Assembly (NCBI GenBank): GCA_001643675.2
Contig: LSRY02000036.1
Location: 124,001 to 188,000 of the forward strand
Source: Monocercomonoides exilis PA203
Lineage: Eukaryota; Protista; Preaxostyla
DNA length: 64,000 nucleotides
Direction of reading: 5' to 3'
Below, one piece after another: positions 36,285-49,600 of the stretch (within the stretch, counting starts at the first letter, position 1; every line of letters begins with the position of its first letter). The translations under genes and the position numbers were made by a program. The notes under the pieces are model-generated. The model had not been told where the DNA came from. It searched no databases and was given only the letters and a program-made list of their open reading frames with translations.

Positions 36285-37846
36285 TTGTTTAATGGAAGAA
36301 ATCAAATGATGGCATTTAACTATAGACAAATAGAAAATCGTTTGGAGCGGATTGCAACAATAGTTTTGGATGGAAAGGCAATGACAGTGGATGAAGCGAA
36401 TCTACACGAGTTCAGCCGTTCAGCCATAAATAGAGCAATTGCAGCTTTGGAAAACAAAAGAAAAGTCGGCAAAATTGGTCACACAGAGTTGCTAACAGAC
36501 GAAGAAAAGAAAACAGTTGAGGATGATATTGGCTGCGAAAGTTCAAGTGGAGTGAGCATTTCTGTTTCTCAAATGAAACAATTTGTTTGTTTTTTCTTAT
36601 ATCAACAAACATTTTTTTTGTTGTCTTATTTTAGATGAAATCTGTCATTTCTGATAGAAAAAAAAATCTATTTGAAGAAGAAAAAGAAAAAATTGAAAAT
36701 TTGAAGTCAACGCTCTTCTCATTCATTAAAAGGAATCCACACATTTAATTGTCTCTTCTAAGAAACGTTGATATTCAACGATTAACTGTTTCAAATAAAC
36801 AAACACTCCAGCCTTTCTTCGAACTTCTTCAACATCTTCATTATACTTACAAATATTCTTCTTCATTGATATTCAATACTGACGAATCTTGCCTTCGCCT
36901 CTCAGATACAACCAAAAAGCTTGTTGTGCATCCTTTTAATTCACCAGCTGGATTTAACAGAACACACACGAACATGCCAAACGCCACATTGTGCGTTGCA
37001 GCTGCTGCAGATGGTTATTCTTTGAAAAGTATCGTTTTATGGCCTTCGAAGAAGATTTCAGCCGAACTGCGTGTGATGCTCAGCTCGTCAATAAATATCT
37101 GGGAAGACAACGATGGCTGGACGACCGACGTAATATTAAGAAGATATGCAAAAGATATTCTCCTTCCAAGAATCGTGGAAAGACGAACTCTTTTAGACAA
37201 AGATGAAGAAAGATGCCTTCTTCTGTTGGATTCTCATCCATCGAGAGCACAGCCAGACATTTGGAAAAAATTCGCCGATGCCTCCATCAATGTGGTGACT
37301 TTCATCCCTCACAGCACACATTTCGCTCAGTCTCTCGACCGTGGAGTATTTACCGTCCACAAAAAATGTTTTAACACAAAATATGTCGTTCCTTCTTCTT
37401 CTTCTGTCTCTCTTCGAAGAAAAGCAATTGCAGATGCCCTTCCTCAGGCTCTGCAAACAGCATAATTGCCTGAAACAATTGTTTCTTCGTTTGTCAAAAG
37501 TGGAGTGTTTTCAAATGAATGGAATGCTGTTCTTTCCTCTTTACATGATGAGCCTACTGTGACACTGAAGAATAAGAACCACAGATTTGATTTTCATGGG
37601 AAAATGATTACCGACCAAGATTTTTTGGATGAACGGAGAAATCAAAAGAAAATGAAAGAAGAGAAGATAAGGAATGATGATAATGAAAAAAAACTGTGGA
37701 AAAAATTGTTTGAGGATGATAAACCAAAGAAAAAGAAAATTCCACGAAAAAAAGTGTTTATTGATGATTATTCTGGTGATGAAAGAATACAAGAAAATTC
37801 CAGAAAAATAATCAAAAGAGAGTTAATTGACTCTATTTATTTCTAG
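36285..37846 (+). mobile_element. pogo/Fot1-like (DDE_1, CENP-B family) transposase, DD35D, interrupted by two in-frame TAA codons
   Basis: IFNTDES (D1), GWTT, LLLLDSHPSR (D2), PHSTHFAQSLD (D3, 35 residues after D2), TIVSSFVKSGVF. N-terminal HTH-like FSRSAINRAI..GH..LLTDEEK. Probable intron ~36584-36634. TAA at 36746-48 and 37463-65. Confidence 0.88.
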
Positions 37847-38398
37847 TATTTTTTATTTTAAATAGAAACAAACATGCTTTCGTGAAATTGAAATTTTTTA
37901 TTTTTTCTTTCGCATATGAAAAAAAAAACCGGATTAAAAATACCACTTTAATTAATTTCGATTGAATTGTCTGTCGACTTGTCGAGTCATATGAAGAATG
38001 TCGGTCTGCAGAGAGGTATAATTCCATGAATAAAAATATAACGGTTATTTGAGACATGAATTTAAATTTTTTGTTTTCAAAATTTTGTTCCACACTGTTC
38101 TTTCAAAGATTTTTCTCAACTTTTAAAAATTATTTAATTTGATATTTCATAAAATGTCAGTTTCGTAGTTATTCGATCACAGAAAAAGTTTGGAACTAAT
38201 TATTGAATTTAACATTAACACAAAAGTTTTGACCCGCAAAAGAATAATTGAAAAATTTGTTCGTATAAAGGTTTATCAGATCTTAAACATTCAATAATTA
38301 TTTTTTATTTAAATCAAATAAAAGATTTGAAGATAATAAAATTGCATACTAACTATAATAAAACACATTCGCACATTTATTAAAAAGAATACATATTA

Positions 38399-40285
38399 AT
38401 GACCGCTTTTTGTTCTTTATCTGATGATTATGCTGAACGTTTGAATGACAGTCACACTCCATTATTACCAACGTTAATATCATGCCAAAATATGGAAAGT
38501 TCATCAGAAAATGTTTCAAAAGGAGAAAATAATTCGGAAAACGTTATGACTGGGCGTTTGATGCCTCAGATTAATATTTCTCAATATTCTCCAAGCCCTT
38601 CTGACTTTGATGGACATTTTAGAAGAAGAGTTAGCACTGTGATTGATAGCATCGATTCATCTTCTTCACTTTTTGTTACAACACCCCGTTGCATTGATGA
38701 GAGGCGTGGATCTGCAGTGTCGCCTGTTACAGAGCTTTCTGACGATTTGGCGACAGCAGAACCGCGCATCATGATGTCAAATCAACTTTTGAAACCATAT
38801 GAGTCAGGGATAACTGAATTTCCATCGTTTATCGAAACAAATTTGAAAAATGAAGAAGATAAACAAAAAAAGAAGGGGAAAAAGAAATATAAGAGGAAGA
38901 AAAAGGCTCAGGCAGATACTGCTTCTAAAATTCAACCAACGCTCCAAATTAATTTGAAGTCTCGAAGCCAATTGCCAATATCACCTTCTTCTAGATCTTC
39001 ACCACAACTTTTATGCCAATCACCATCTTCACCATCAAAAAGCCGAATGCCATCGTCTCGCCAAGGAAACTTTGAAAATCCTGTTTCATCAAAAAATCAT
39101 GAAACTTCGCGAATCGAAAAAGTCAATTCTGCGCCTGTGACATTCCAAGGAGGGTACCAGTCTGGGTCCCAAGCAAAGGCGTCGTTCCAGTTGTCTTCAA
39201 GCCATCTTCCGCATTCGCCCAGTGCGCATTCGATGAAGCTGAGCACACACTCGCCCAGTGCAAGGCACGCCTCGTCAGGCCATCCGCTCACCCCGTCGTC
39301 GGTGGCGTCTGCCAGCAGCGTCTCCTTCACCGACACCCAAACACCCACACCTCCTCCTCCTCCCATTCATCCTCCTCATCCTCCGTCTCCTTCTCTTTCT
39401 CTGACTCTTTCTCAGCGTCCTCTTTCTGCGAAGAGCAAGAAAGGGAAGGTGCAGAAGCAGAGCGTGAAGGCTAATGCATCGGCCAATCATTCAGAAACGG
39501 GCCATGTGGAAGCAGGCGGAGCGGAAGCACACAAGAATTCAGATGCTGTTCAGGTGAAGAATATCGAAGGAAAGAGGAAGGAGAAAGAGAAAGAGAAAGA
39601 GAAAGAGAAAGAGAAAGAGAAAGAGAAAGAGAAGGAGAAAGAAAAAGGAGAAGGAGAAGGAGATGGAGATGGAAAAGGAGAAGGGAGAGGAAGAGAAGAG
39701 GAAAAGAGAAAGATTGAGAATGAAAACAAAGAGGATGTGAAAGATGAGGAAAATCAAGAGAATCACAAAGAAGAGGAAGAAGATGATGAAGAAAGAGAAA
39801 GAGAAGGAGAAAAAGAAGAAAGAGAAAGAGAAGGAGAAAATGAAGAAAAAGAACAAGAAGATGAGCCAAAACAAGAGCAAAAAGAAGAAGCAAAAGAAGA
39901 AGCAAAAGAAGAAAAGAAAGACGAGAGAAGCCGAAGGCTGTTAGAAGTGATGAAGACGTTCCCCATTGAAAATGATGATTGGAGGAATGAGAAAGAGGAA
40001 GACAGGAGAAGAGCCGAATATCGAATGAAGGCGATGGAGATAGAGAGGAAGAGGAGGGAGCAGGTGATTCGGAGAGCGAGGGAAAAGAGGGAGGCAAGGG
40101 AAGCGAAGAGGAAGGAGAGAGAGAAAGAGAAAGAGAAAGAGAAAGAGAGAGAGAAGGAGAAGGAGAAGGAGAAGAAGGAGAAGGAGAAAGAAAGGAAACA
40201 GCAAGAAAACAATACGAATGGCGAAGGAAAAGGAAAAGATAACAAAAATAATGAAGAAGATGAAGAAGAAGAAGATGATGAAGGA

Positions 40286-40318
<33 letters not shown>

Positions 40319-40985
40319 GAAGAGGAAGAAGAAGAAGCAACACAGGAAGAAGGAGAAAACGACGAAGAAGGAGAAGAAGAAAGAGAAGAAGAAGATGAAA
40401 GCAAATCCCACAAATCCAAACACAAAAAGCTTCAATCATCATCATCATCACCTTCTTCTTCTTCTTCTTCTTCTTCTTCATCTAGATATCATTCTGAAGG
40501 AGAAATACAAAACACACAAAACACACAAAACACACAAAACACACAAAACGCTCCAACAACACCTTCTTCAATTGCTTCTTCAGTTGCCTCTTTTTCTGCT
40601 TCTTTTGCTTCTTCAAACAAAATTTCCTCGCCTTCTTCGCATTCTCGTTGCTCAGTTAGCAGAAAAACAGCGAAACAAAGTAATGTGACAAACAATGGAA
40701 CAAACAATGGATTGAATGCTGGAGTTAATGGAAATTCGAATTCTTCTTCTTCTTCTTCTTCTTCACATTCTTCTTCCTCTTCTTCTCCTTCCTTCTCCTC
40801 TTCTTCATCCTCAAATTCATCATCATCATCATCATCATCAACAACAACAACAACACCTCATCCTCTTTCTCCTTCCTCTCCTTCTTCCATTTCTTCTCTT
40901 TCTTCTTCTTCTTCTCCATTTCACATCCAGTCTCACTCACACTCACATGCATTTCATTCTTATACTGGCAAGTCATCATCTTTTT

Positions 40986-41016
<31 letters not shown>

Positions 41017-44000
41017 TTCTTCCTCCTCTTCTTCCTCTTCCTCTTCTTCTTCTTCTTCTTCTTCTTCCTCCTCTTCCTCTACTCTTTCTCCTTCTCTCTC
41101 TCGTTCTGTTTCAATTCCATCTTCTCAGAGCAACACATCAAAAACACGCATTCATCAATCAAGTAATAGCAGCAATAATAATAATAATAATAACAGAGAA
41201 AGAGAAGGAGGAAGAGAAAGAGAAGGAGAAAGAGAAAGAGAAAGAGAAAGAGAAAGAGAAAGAGAAAGAGAAAGAGAAAGAGAAAGAGAAAGAGAAAGAG
41301 AAAGAGAAAAAGAAAGCAATAAACCTTCTTCTTCTTCTTCTTCTTCTGATGTGAATAAAGGGAAAGAAACATCAACATCTCAACAAACTCTTTCACCAAC
41401 AAGCACATCAAATTCTTCTTCACTTTCTTCTTCTTCACTTTCTTCTTCTTCACTTTCTTCTTCTTCTTCTTCTCATCCTCATCCTCCTCATCTTCCTTCT
41501 CTTCCTCATCTTCCTCTTCCTCTTCCTCCTGCTTCATCATCATCTTTTTCTTCTTCTTCCTCTTCTTCTTCCTCTTCCTCTTCTTCTTCTTCAGACATTC
41601 AATCTTCTCATACATTTTCTTCTCCTCTTTCTCCATCGACTCCACTCACTCCAGTCACTCCTGCTACCACATCCTCACAACAGCTCTGTATTTCTCCTTT
41701 CGCTCCTTCTTCTTCCTCTTCTTCTTCTTCCTCTTCTTCCTCTTCCTCTTCTTCTTCTTCCTCTTCTTCTTCTTCCTCATCTACTTCTTCCTCTTCTTCT
41801 TCACATTCTTCTTCCTATCCTTCGTCATCATCTTCTTCTTCCTCTTCCTCTTCCTCCTCTTCCTCTCATCCAAAGAGCTATTCCCCCCTCATTCCCAATT
41901 CGTTAGTCTATTTCACTGCACAGCAGACACAGAAAGTCAAAGAAATGTCACAAATTGCGATGCTTCAGAACGAAATGAGCCAAAATACAGAAGATTTGAA
42001 GAAGGAGGAGAAGGAGGAGAAGAGGGAGGATAGAGAGGAGAGAGAAAAAGAGAAAGAAGCGAAAGAAAAGGTGATGAAGGAGAAAGAGGAGAAAGAGGAG
42101 AAAGAAAAGGAAAAGGAGAAGATATTGAATGCTGAATTAATTACAGGAGGAGGAGAAAGAGAAAGAGAAAGAGAAAGAGAAAGAGAAAGAGAAAGAGAAA
42201 GAGAAAGAGAAGGAGAAAGAACAGAAATAACAACGAAGAAAGAAAAAGATAAAAAGAAGGAAGTTAAAGCACCGATTAAACATAAACATAAGCACAAAAA
42301 ATTGTATTTTGTTTCTTCGTCTGGAACGAAAAGGAAGATTATGAGGGTAAGGGAAGAAGAAGAAGGAGAAGGAGGAGAAGAGAAAGAAGAGAAAGAAGAA
42401 AAAATTAAAAAGAAAAGATTTGCGGATAAGAACAATAAAGAAGATGCAGAAACAGTTAAATCTAATGAACATAGAAACAACAACAACAACAATAATAATA
42501 ATAATAGCATGAAAAATAACCTTGTTTATGATTCATCAGTGAATGCATTAGAAGGAAGAAAAAGAGGAAGAGGAGAAAGAGGAGAAAGAGAAGAAGAAGA
42601 AGAAGAATTACCTTCTGGATTTTCTTTCCATCATCATCATCATCATCATCATGAACAAAATGAACAAAATGACAATGATCAAGATGAATTTGAAGAATAT
42701 CATCAACGTTATAATGAAGCATATGATAAAGATGATGATAAAGAAAGCTACAATCAGCATCATGATGATAATGAAGATGGATATGAAGAAGAAATTTTAG
42801 ATATAGATAAAAATAACGATGATCAAGAATATAACAGCCATCATCATCATTATCACCAACATAATAATAATCATGATGATGATGATGCTGCTGCTGCCGA
42901 TGTTAATGATGTTCACTATCATCAACAACATTATCAACATCATATTCGTCCAATGGAAAGAGGTATGCAAATTCATTTGCGCAAATCTCGCTCTTTCTCT
43001 CCCCCAAAAGTGAGCAATTTGATGGAGGAAGAGAGAAGAAGAGAAGAAGGAGAAGAAGGAGAAGAAGAAGAAAGGGAAGGAGAAAGAGAAAGAGAAAGAG
43101 AAAGAAGAAGAGGAAGATCAGTTTCTGTAGAGAAAAGCGATAAAACACATTTATATCCATTTAACAACACTTCATCCTCTTCTCCCTCATCATCATCATC
43201 ATCTTCTTCTTCTTCTTCCTCCTCATCTTCCTCTTCTTCTTCTCCCCTTTCCCCCAAATCTCTTTCCTTATTTTCTTCTCCCCAGAACAAGATGATTCAC
43301 AGCAAAAGAACCAAAAATTTCGCATTGCGCTTTCGTTCTCCTCTTCCTTATGCCATTCAATCGTTCTTTCCTGTTAGATCTGTGGCATATCAGGAGATGA
43401 ATAGAGAAGGAGAAGAAGAAGGAAGAAGAGGAAGAGGAAGAGGAAGAAGAGAAGGAGAAGAAGATAAAGTGGATGAAGAAATAGGAGCTTGGAAAGAGGC
43501 AGAAATAGAAGAAAGAGAAGAAAGAGAAAGAGAAAGAGGAGGAGAAAGAGGAGAAAGAGGAGAAAGAGGAGAAGGAGAAGGAGAAGAAGAACAAGCAATT
43601 AATTTCAATTCTTATGAGAATTATACATATCAGCAACATCCACACACCCCAATCATACCAAAATCTGCTTTTGTCGATGAAGAAATTGAAGTGAAAGAGA
43701 AAGAAGAAAAAAGGAACGAAGAAGAAGAAGAAGAAGGAGGAGGAGAAGGAGAAGGAAAAGAAGAAGAAGAAGAAGAATTAAAAGAGGAAAATGGAAAATT
43801 TAATGAAGATAACGAAAAATTGATAACTTCTGAGATATTGTTATCACCATATGCATCTTCTTCTTCCTCTTCTTCCTCTTCTTTTTCACCAAAAACTTCT
43901 TCTTCTTCTTCCTCTTCCTCCTCTTTCTCTTCTTCTCCTTCTCACATCACCAAACTTTCTCCTTCCCAAGTCCAAACAGACCCTCTCTTGAAAGCCTTTC

Positions 44001-44131
44001 TTTCAGGCGAAGAACTCAAATTCCTCTTAAAAGTAGCTAAGCATTCATCATCATCTTCTTCTTCATCTTCTCATTCTTCTCACTATCCTTCTTCTTCTTC
44101 TCACTATCCTTCTTCTTCTTCTCACTATCCT

Positions 44132-44163
<32 letters not shown>

Positions 44164-45511
44164 TTCTTCCAATCGTAACTCTTCTTCTCCTCAGAAACGA
44201 AGCAATTTCCGTGACGAAATAAAGAAGCTCATAGGATTTCGACAGCATCCAATGAAATTGAATGAAAAAGAGAGAAAGAAAGAGAAAGAGAAGAAAGAGA
44301 AAGAGAACAGAATGAGGGAAAGGAACATGCAGATGAAGCAATATCAACAAGAACAAAAGGATAGAGAAAGAGAAAGAGAAAGAGAAAGAGAAAGAGAAAG
44401 GGAAAGAGAAAGGGAAGGAGAAAGAAGAGAAAGAGGAGGAAGAGGAAGAGGAGAAGAAGAAGAAAGAATTGTTATGTCTTCTGTTGAAAAACATGAAGAT
44501 AACACCAAAAATAGCAACTATATTGATGATGATGCTTTCATTTCACACAACATACAAACACCTCAAAATGATTCTTCTTCTTCTTCCTCCTCTTCCTCTT
44601 CCTCTTCCTCTGTCACATCACCATCACCATCATCATCCTCCTCTTCTCCTTCACATCCATCTTCCTCTTCTTCCTCTCCATCTCATCCATCTTCTTCTTC
44701 TTCCTCCTCCTCCTCCTCTTCTTCTCTTCCCTTCTCCAACCAGAATTCACCCACTCTTTCAGACATCAGCTCTTCTGTGGCCTCATTCCACTCAACAACT
44801 GCAACAGGAGAGAAGAACGATATATTCTATGGATTGGTACATAGAGAAGGAGAAGGAGAAAGAGAAGGAGAAGGAGAAAGAGGAGAAGAAAAGGAAGAAG
44901 AAAAGGAAGAAGGAAAGGAAAGAGAAAGAGGAGAAGAAAGAGGAGAAAAGGAAGGGAAGGAAGAAAAAGAAAAAGGAGAAGGAGAAGGAGCAAAAGGAGA
45001 AGAAGGAGAAGAAAGAGAAGGAGGAGAAGAAGAAGAAGACAAGTTTTTGCCTCATCCACAGCAGATTGTCTTCTCACCAATGGCAACACGACCACTCACT
45101 CACCAAAGTTCAGCTTCTTTTCTTTCATATCAATTTCCTATTCCTCTTCCTCCTGCTTCTTCTTTATCTTCTTCTTCCTCTTCTTCTTCATTCATTTCAC
45201 CTCTGTTTTCTTCATCATCATCATCTTCTTTCTCTTCGTCTTCTTCCACATCTTCTTTAAAGCCCTGTTCTTCTGTCGGTTCGCTCGTTTTCTCACCTGC
45301 TGCCTCTCCTTCTATCACACCTTCTCTATTAACCTATGAAGTTTCACTGCTTCGTGAGGAGATATCGAAAATGGCGATGCAGATGGAAGAGCTGAGGAAG
45401 GAGAACAAGAATCACGTGATGCAGAACGAAGAGCTGAAGAAAGTGATAGAGACGCTGCAGATACAGAAGAAGGAGAAAGAGGAGATGAAAGAGGAGGACG
45501 AGAAAAAGTAA
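38399..45511 (+). CDS. Giant low-complexity protein (2370 aa): alternating poly-Ser, Glu/Lys/Arg (RE, KE) and His/Asn tracts; C-terminal coiled coil
   Basis: 7.1-kb stop-free ATG ORF with unique-sequence ends (C-terminal EVSLLREEISKMAMQMEELRKENK). Confidence 0.75.
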
Positions 45512-46648
45512 TAGGAAAAGAAGGGGATGGTGGATTTATTAGTAATTTTTGTTATTCTTGTCTTTTTCTTTTCTTTTCTTTTCTTTTTATTTATAATTCA
45601 AAAGTGAAAAGAAAAGGAAAAAATAAATAAATAAATAAAAATAAAATAAAAATAAAAAAACAAATGAAGATTTCAATTGGTTTTGGTTTTTTATATATAT
45701 TCCTATTGCACCATTCCTATTAAAATATTTAATTTTATTTAATTTTATTTTATTTAATTTTATTTTATATTTTGTTCTGTTCTGTTCTGTTTTGTTCTTC
45801 AAATATTAAAACAAACATATGAAAATGAAAATATTCATCTTTTATATGAAGTAGTTGTTTCTTTATGAATAATATTTAATAAATTTTTGTTTATTTTTTT
45901 TGTTTAAGTTTTTTTGAATAATTCGTGTAATTGTAGAAACCTGATCTTTCTCATGCATTTCATTTCATTTTTTGTAACCTTTTTTTCCACTTTTTTTTAA
46001 ATCGAATTTTGTTTCTTCTTAGTCTGTAACTAACAAGTTTAGCTTTCAAAGTTGAGTTTTCTTTTTTGATTTATTTTTTGAAATGTAATATAAAATTATT
46101 ATTATTATTATTATTGATCTTTTTTTTTTTAATTTTAAGTTTTCAATCGATAATAATCAATAAATATAGAGAACACATCCAATTAGAATTTGCATATAGA
46201 ATATTAGCAAATCATGCTTCAATAAGTTTTAAACCAATGATTTTAGAAGAAAACTTAAAACTGTTCATATTTCAAATAAAAAAAGCAAATTACTGAATAA
46301 AAATCTGAAGTAACTCAACAGAATTTAATTTTAAGTTAAAAAAAAAAGTGAAATGAAGAAAGAGAATTTGAAGAAATGATGAATACAAAGTGGATTGATT
46401 TATAAATGTGAAATGTATCATAATTCAGACAAAGATGAAAGATATCAGTTTCTCGAATTCTTTCCAGGCAGATCAGAGAAAATTGATTGGTATTTCTATA
46501 AAAAAGAATAAAATGTTCAATGTTTTATTTGCAAATTATATTGCATATGTTTAGAAAAAATTACAAAAATTATAGTTGTTCATCAAAGCAAAGCAAGAAA
46601 AAGAAAGAAAGAAAATATTTATAAATTTCAATAAAAAACCACAGAATT

Positions 46649-49600
46649 TCATACTCTGAGTGTCTGCTGTGCATCTCTGTGCTTCACAAGAAGAGAAACA
46701 TATGGCTTCAGTCTTTGAATGAGTGTTGTGTATCCCAAAGAGACAGAAAGGGAAACTGGATAAGTATCAGCTGGAAGAGAATTAAAGATGAATTTAAAAA
46801 AAATACATATGAACAAAAAATCAACATAAATTGATATAATAATTAATAATATGCAATGAATAAATATAAACACATCATAAATACATCATAAAAACATATC
46901 AAAAACATAAATAAATATTTCATAGAAAAAAATAAAATAAAATAAAATAAAAAATGTAATTTCAACAAACGTAGTCCCAGTTGTTCCATCACTCTCTTCT
47001 CCGTCTCGTTCGTCACCGGCGGAACCGGATGCAGAATGTTACTCAGCAACACTGTAGCGCTCGACACTTTCTCTTTGCTCCCAACCTCTTGCCCTTCTCT
47101 TTCTCTTTCCCTTTCTCCTCCTCCTCTTTCTCCTCCTCTCTCACTCTTCCTATTCTCCTTCCTCGCCCCAAACCCGTGGGCCCTTCCTCCCATCGCCACA
47201 ATCGCCCCCAGCGGAGCCGGCCGAACTGTCGTTGTGAGCACACAATGTGATGGCACAAGAGAAGAAGATGACTCTCCTCTCAGCACAACACAGGGAGACA
47301 GACGCGGAAGACGGCGCTGCAGATAAGTTCTGTCTGTTTGCGAGAGCTGGGCGTAGATGTTGACCGGAGGATGGGCTTCTCCCGTGAAGGAGATAGAGGC
47401 AGCTCCAAGAGAAGGGGAGAGAAGAGCCATTTCGAAAGAGGAAGAAGAAGAGGAAGAAGAAGATTTGTGGGGTGTTTTCCTTTCGTCTCCTCTCCGAATA
47501 GATCTGTCTTTCATCGGCGTTCCCCTTCTCTCCATTTCTGTCCCCTGTTCTTCCTCCGCATTGTCAAATTCTCCATCAATCTTCCTCCTTTTCCTTCCAT
47601 TCTGCACTATCTCACTCTCATTCCCCTCTCCTTCTCCCCTCTCCCTATCTCCATAATACCCACTCCCACTCCCTTCCCTTTCGCCTGCTCCACTGCCCCA
47701 CACCTCTCCCGATGCCTCCGTCTCTTCGTTGTCCTGCCGCATGCTCTCTTCCTGCCTCCTCTTCTTTCTCCTCTTCAGCCACCCGCTCCGCCCATTCATC
47801 TGATAGTCTTCGTCGCTCTCATCGTCATTCGTCTCTTCATTTCCTGAGTCTGTTGAGAACTTCGACTCATCTTTCATTCGGTCTCTTGCACTTCCTTGTT
47901 TTTGTTCTCTTCCGCTTTCACTCGGCTTCTCATTCGCAGAACTCTTCTTTGTGTCTTTCTTGTTGCTACTGCTGTTGCTCTTTAAACTGCCACTTGCATT
48001 CGAAGAAGAAGAAGAAGAAGCAGATGCTGCATTAGCAGCCTTCGCCTGCTCGCTCTCTTCCATCACCCTCCTCATCGTCTCTGGGTCTCTAATCGCCTCT
48101 CTCAGGAGTGGGTCAAACATCACCACAGGCTTCTCGCCGTATTTGATCGTCATCACTTTCTGCCGCAGCTTCGCTTTCTCCTTTCGCGACCCTACAATTG
48201 CCATCGAATCCCAGTCTTCCTTCGTGTTTTCTCCTCCTTCTTTCTCCTTCTCCTTCTCATCTTTCTTTTCCTTAGACAGCATCTCAATCTGCGGGACATC
48301 TTCTTCTGCTTCCACTTCATCCAGCATTCTGTCCACTTCTGCCGGAAACAGCGCAAAAAGCGGATCATTCTGGTTTTCGCTGCCTCCTTCAACGTCGCCC
48401 ATCCCAAGCACAGGCATTGCATAGTTCACTGCTTTTTTAATGAGCGCTGCTTCTCTCTGCTTCCACAGCGCCTCTTCCTCGCTTTCTGATGCTTCCTTCT
48501 TCGCACTCTTAGCAAACGCCATTTCTCCGCTCGCAGACTTCTTGCTGCCTGATTCATTCCGCGTCTTGCCGTTCGCTTTCTTCTCTTCCTCCTCTTTCTT
48601 CCTCGTCTCTTCCTCTTCCTTCTTCCTCTTCCTTCGGATCGCATCAGCTGCCGCCTTCCGCGCGACGTCTGTGATCTTCTTCACAAACGCTACTTTCTCC
48701 TTGAGGATGCTCTTCAGATACTCCTCCTTCACCCACGTGTTGATCCTCGCCAACTTCATTACGTCTTCTTCGCTCTGCAGACGGTGCAGAAAGACCGACG
48801 AGCCCATCAGTCGCCTCCGCTGCGATTTTGTCAGCACTGCTTTGCCCTCGCTTCCAGCTGCATTGGGTGTGTAAGAGGAGTCTGCTGCATGCGATGAAGA
48901 GGCAGAAACACGCCCTGAACTCGCAATTGCGCCTGTGTTGTCAAAGCCAATGCAGCCTTCTGCGCCTTCTTCTTCTTCGCCTTCGCCGTCTCCTTCTCCT
49001 TCTCCTCCTCTTTCTCCGTCGCTGTCGAAGTCAAAATCGAATTCGTCTGAATCAGCAAAGTCCAAATAGTCTTCAGACCAGGTATCTTCATCTTCATCGT
49101 CATCATCATCGTCATCATCATCGTCGTCGTCGTCATAATAATCCCCTCTTTCAGCATTCCCGCCTCCTGCCCCTCTTCTCGTATTCCTCGGCTTTCTCCC
49201 TCTTTTCTTTCTCCCTCTTCTGCTCGCACTCTCCTGCCTTTCTCTCGCTCCACCAGTTTTCCTCCCTTCATTCCTCCTTCCATGAGCAGCATCGTCTGCA
49301 CCTGATATTTCTCCGCTTGCTGTGTCTGTCTCTTCTCCGTCTTCTTCTTCTGCTCCTCCTCCTCCGCCTCCACCCTCTCCGCTTCCCCTTCGCGCCCTGT
49401 CGCCACTTGCCTTCCTCCCTCTTCTCGTTGCAGACGAAGAAGCAGATGCAGAAGAAGAAGAAGAAGCAGACGATGAAGCTGTTGAAGATGATTTTCCGCT
49501 TTCATCTCTTCCCTTTGCCCCTTTCTTCCATCCTCCTCCAGCTGCCCCTGCTCCTCTTCCTGCTCTCCACGCAAGCCCACCAACCTTGTCATCTCCAGCC

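Noticed and set aside
37850-38390. Right TIR for the pogo transposase, or a match to the foldback termini
   Set aside because: No convincing reverse complement of any upstream candidate end and no GGCACCA repeats, so the foldback element is not demonstrably a deletion derivative of this copy
39097-45318. Many overlapping antisense ORFs within the 2370-aa gene
   Set aside because: Expected from stop-free TCT/GAA tracts; no independent coding signal
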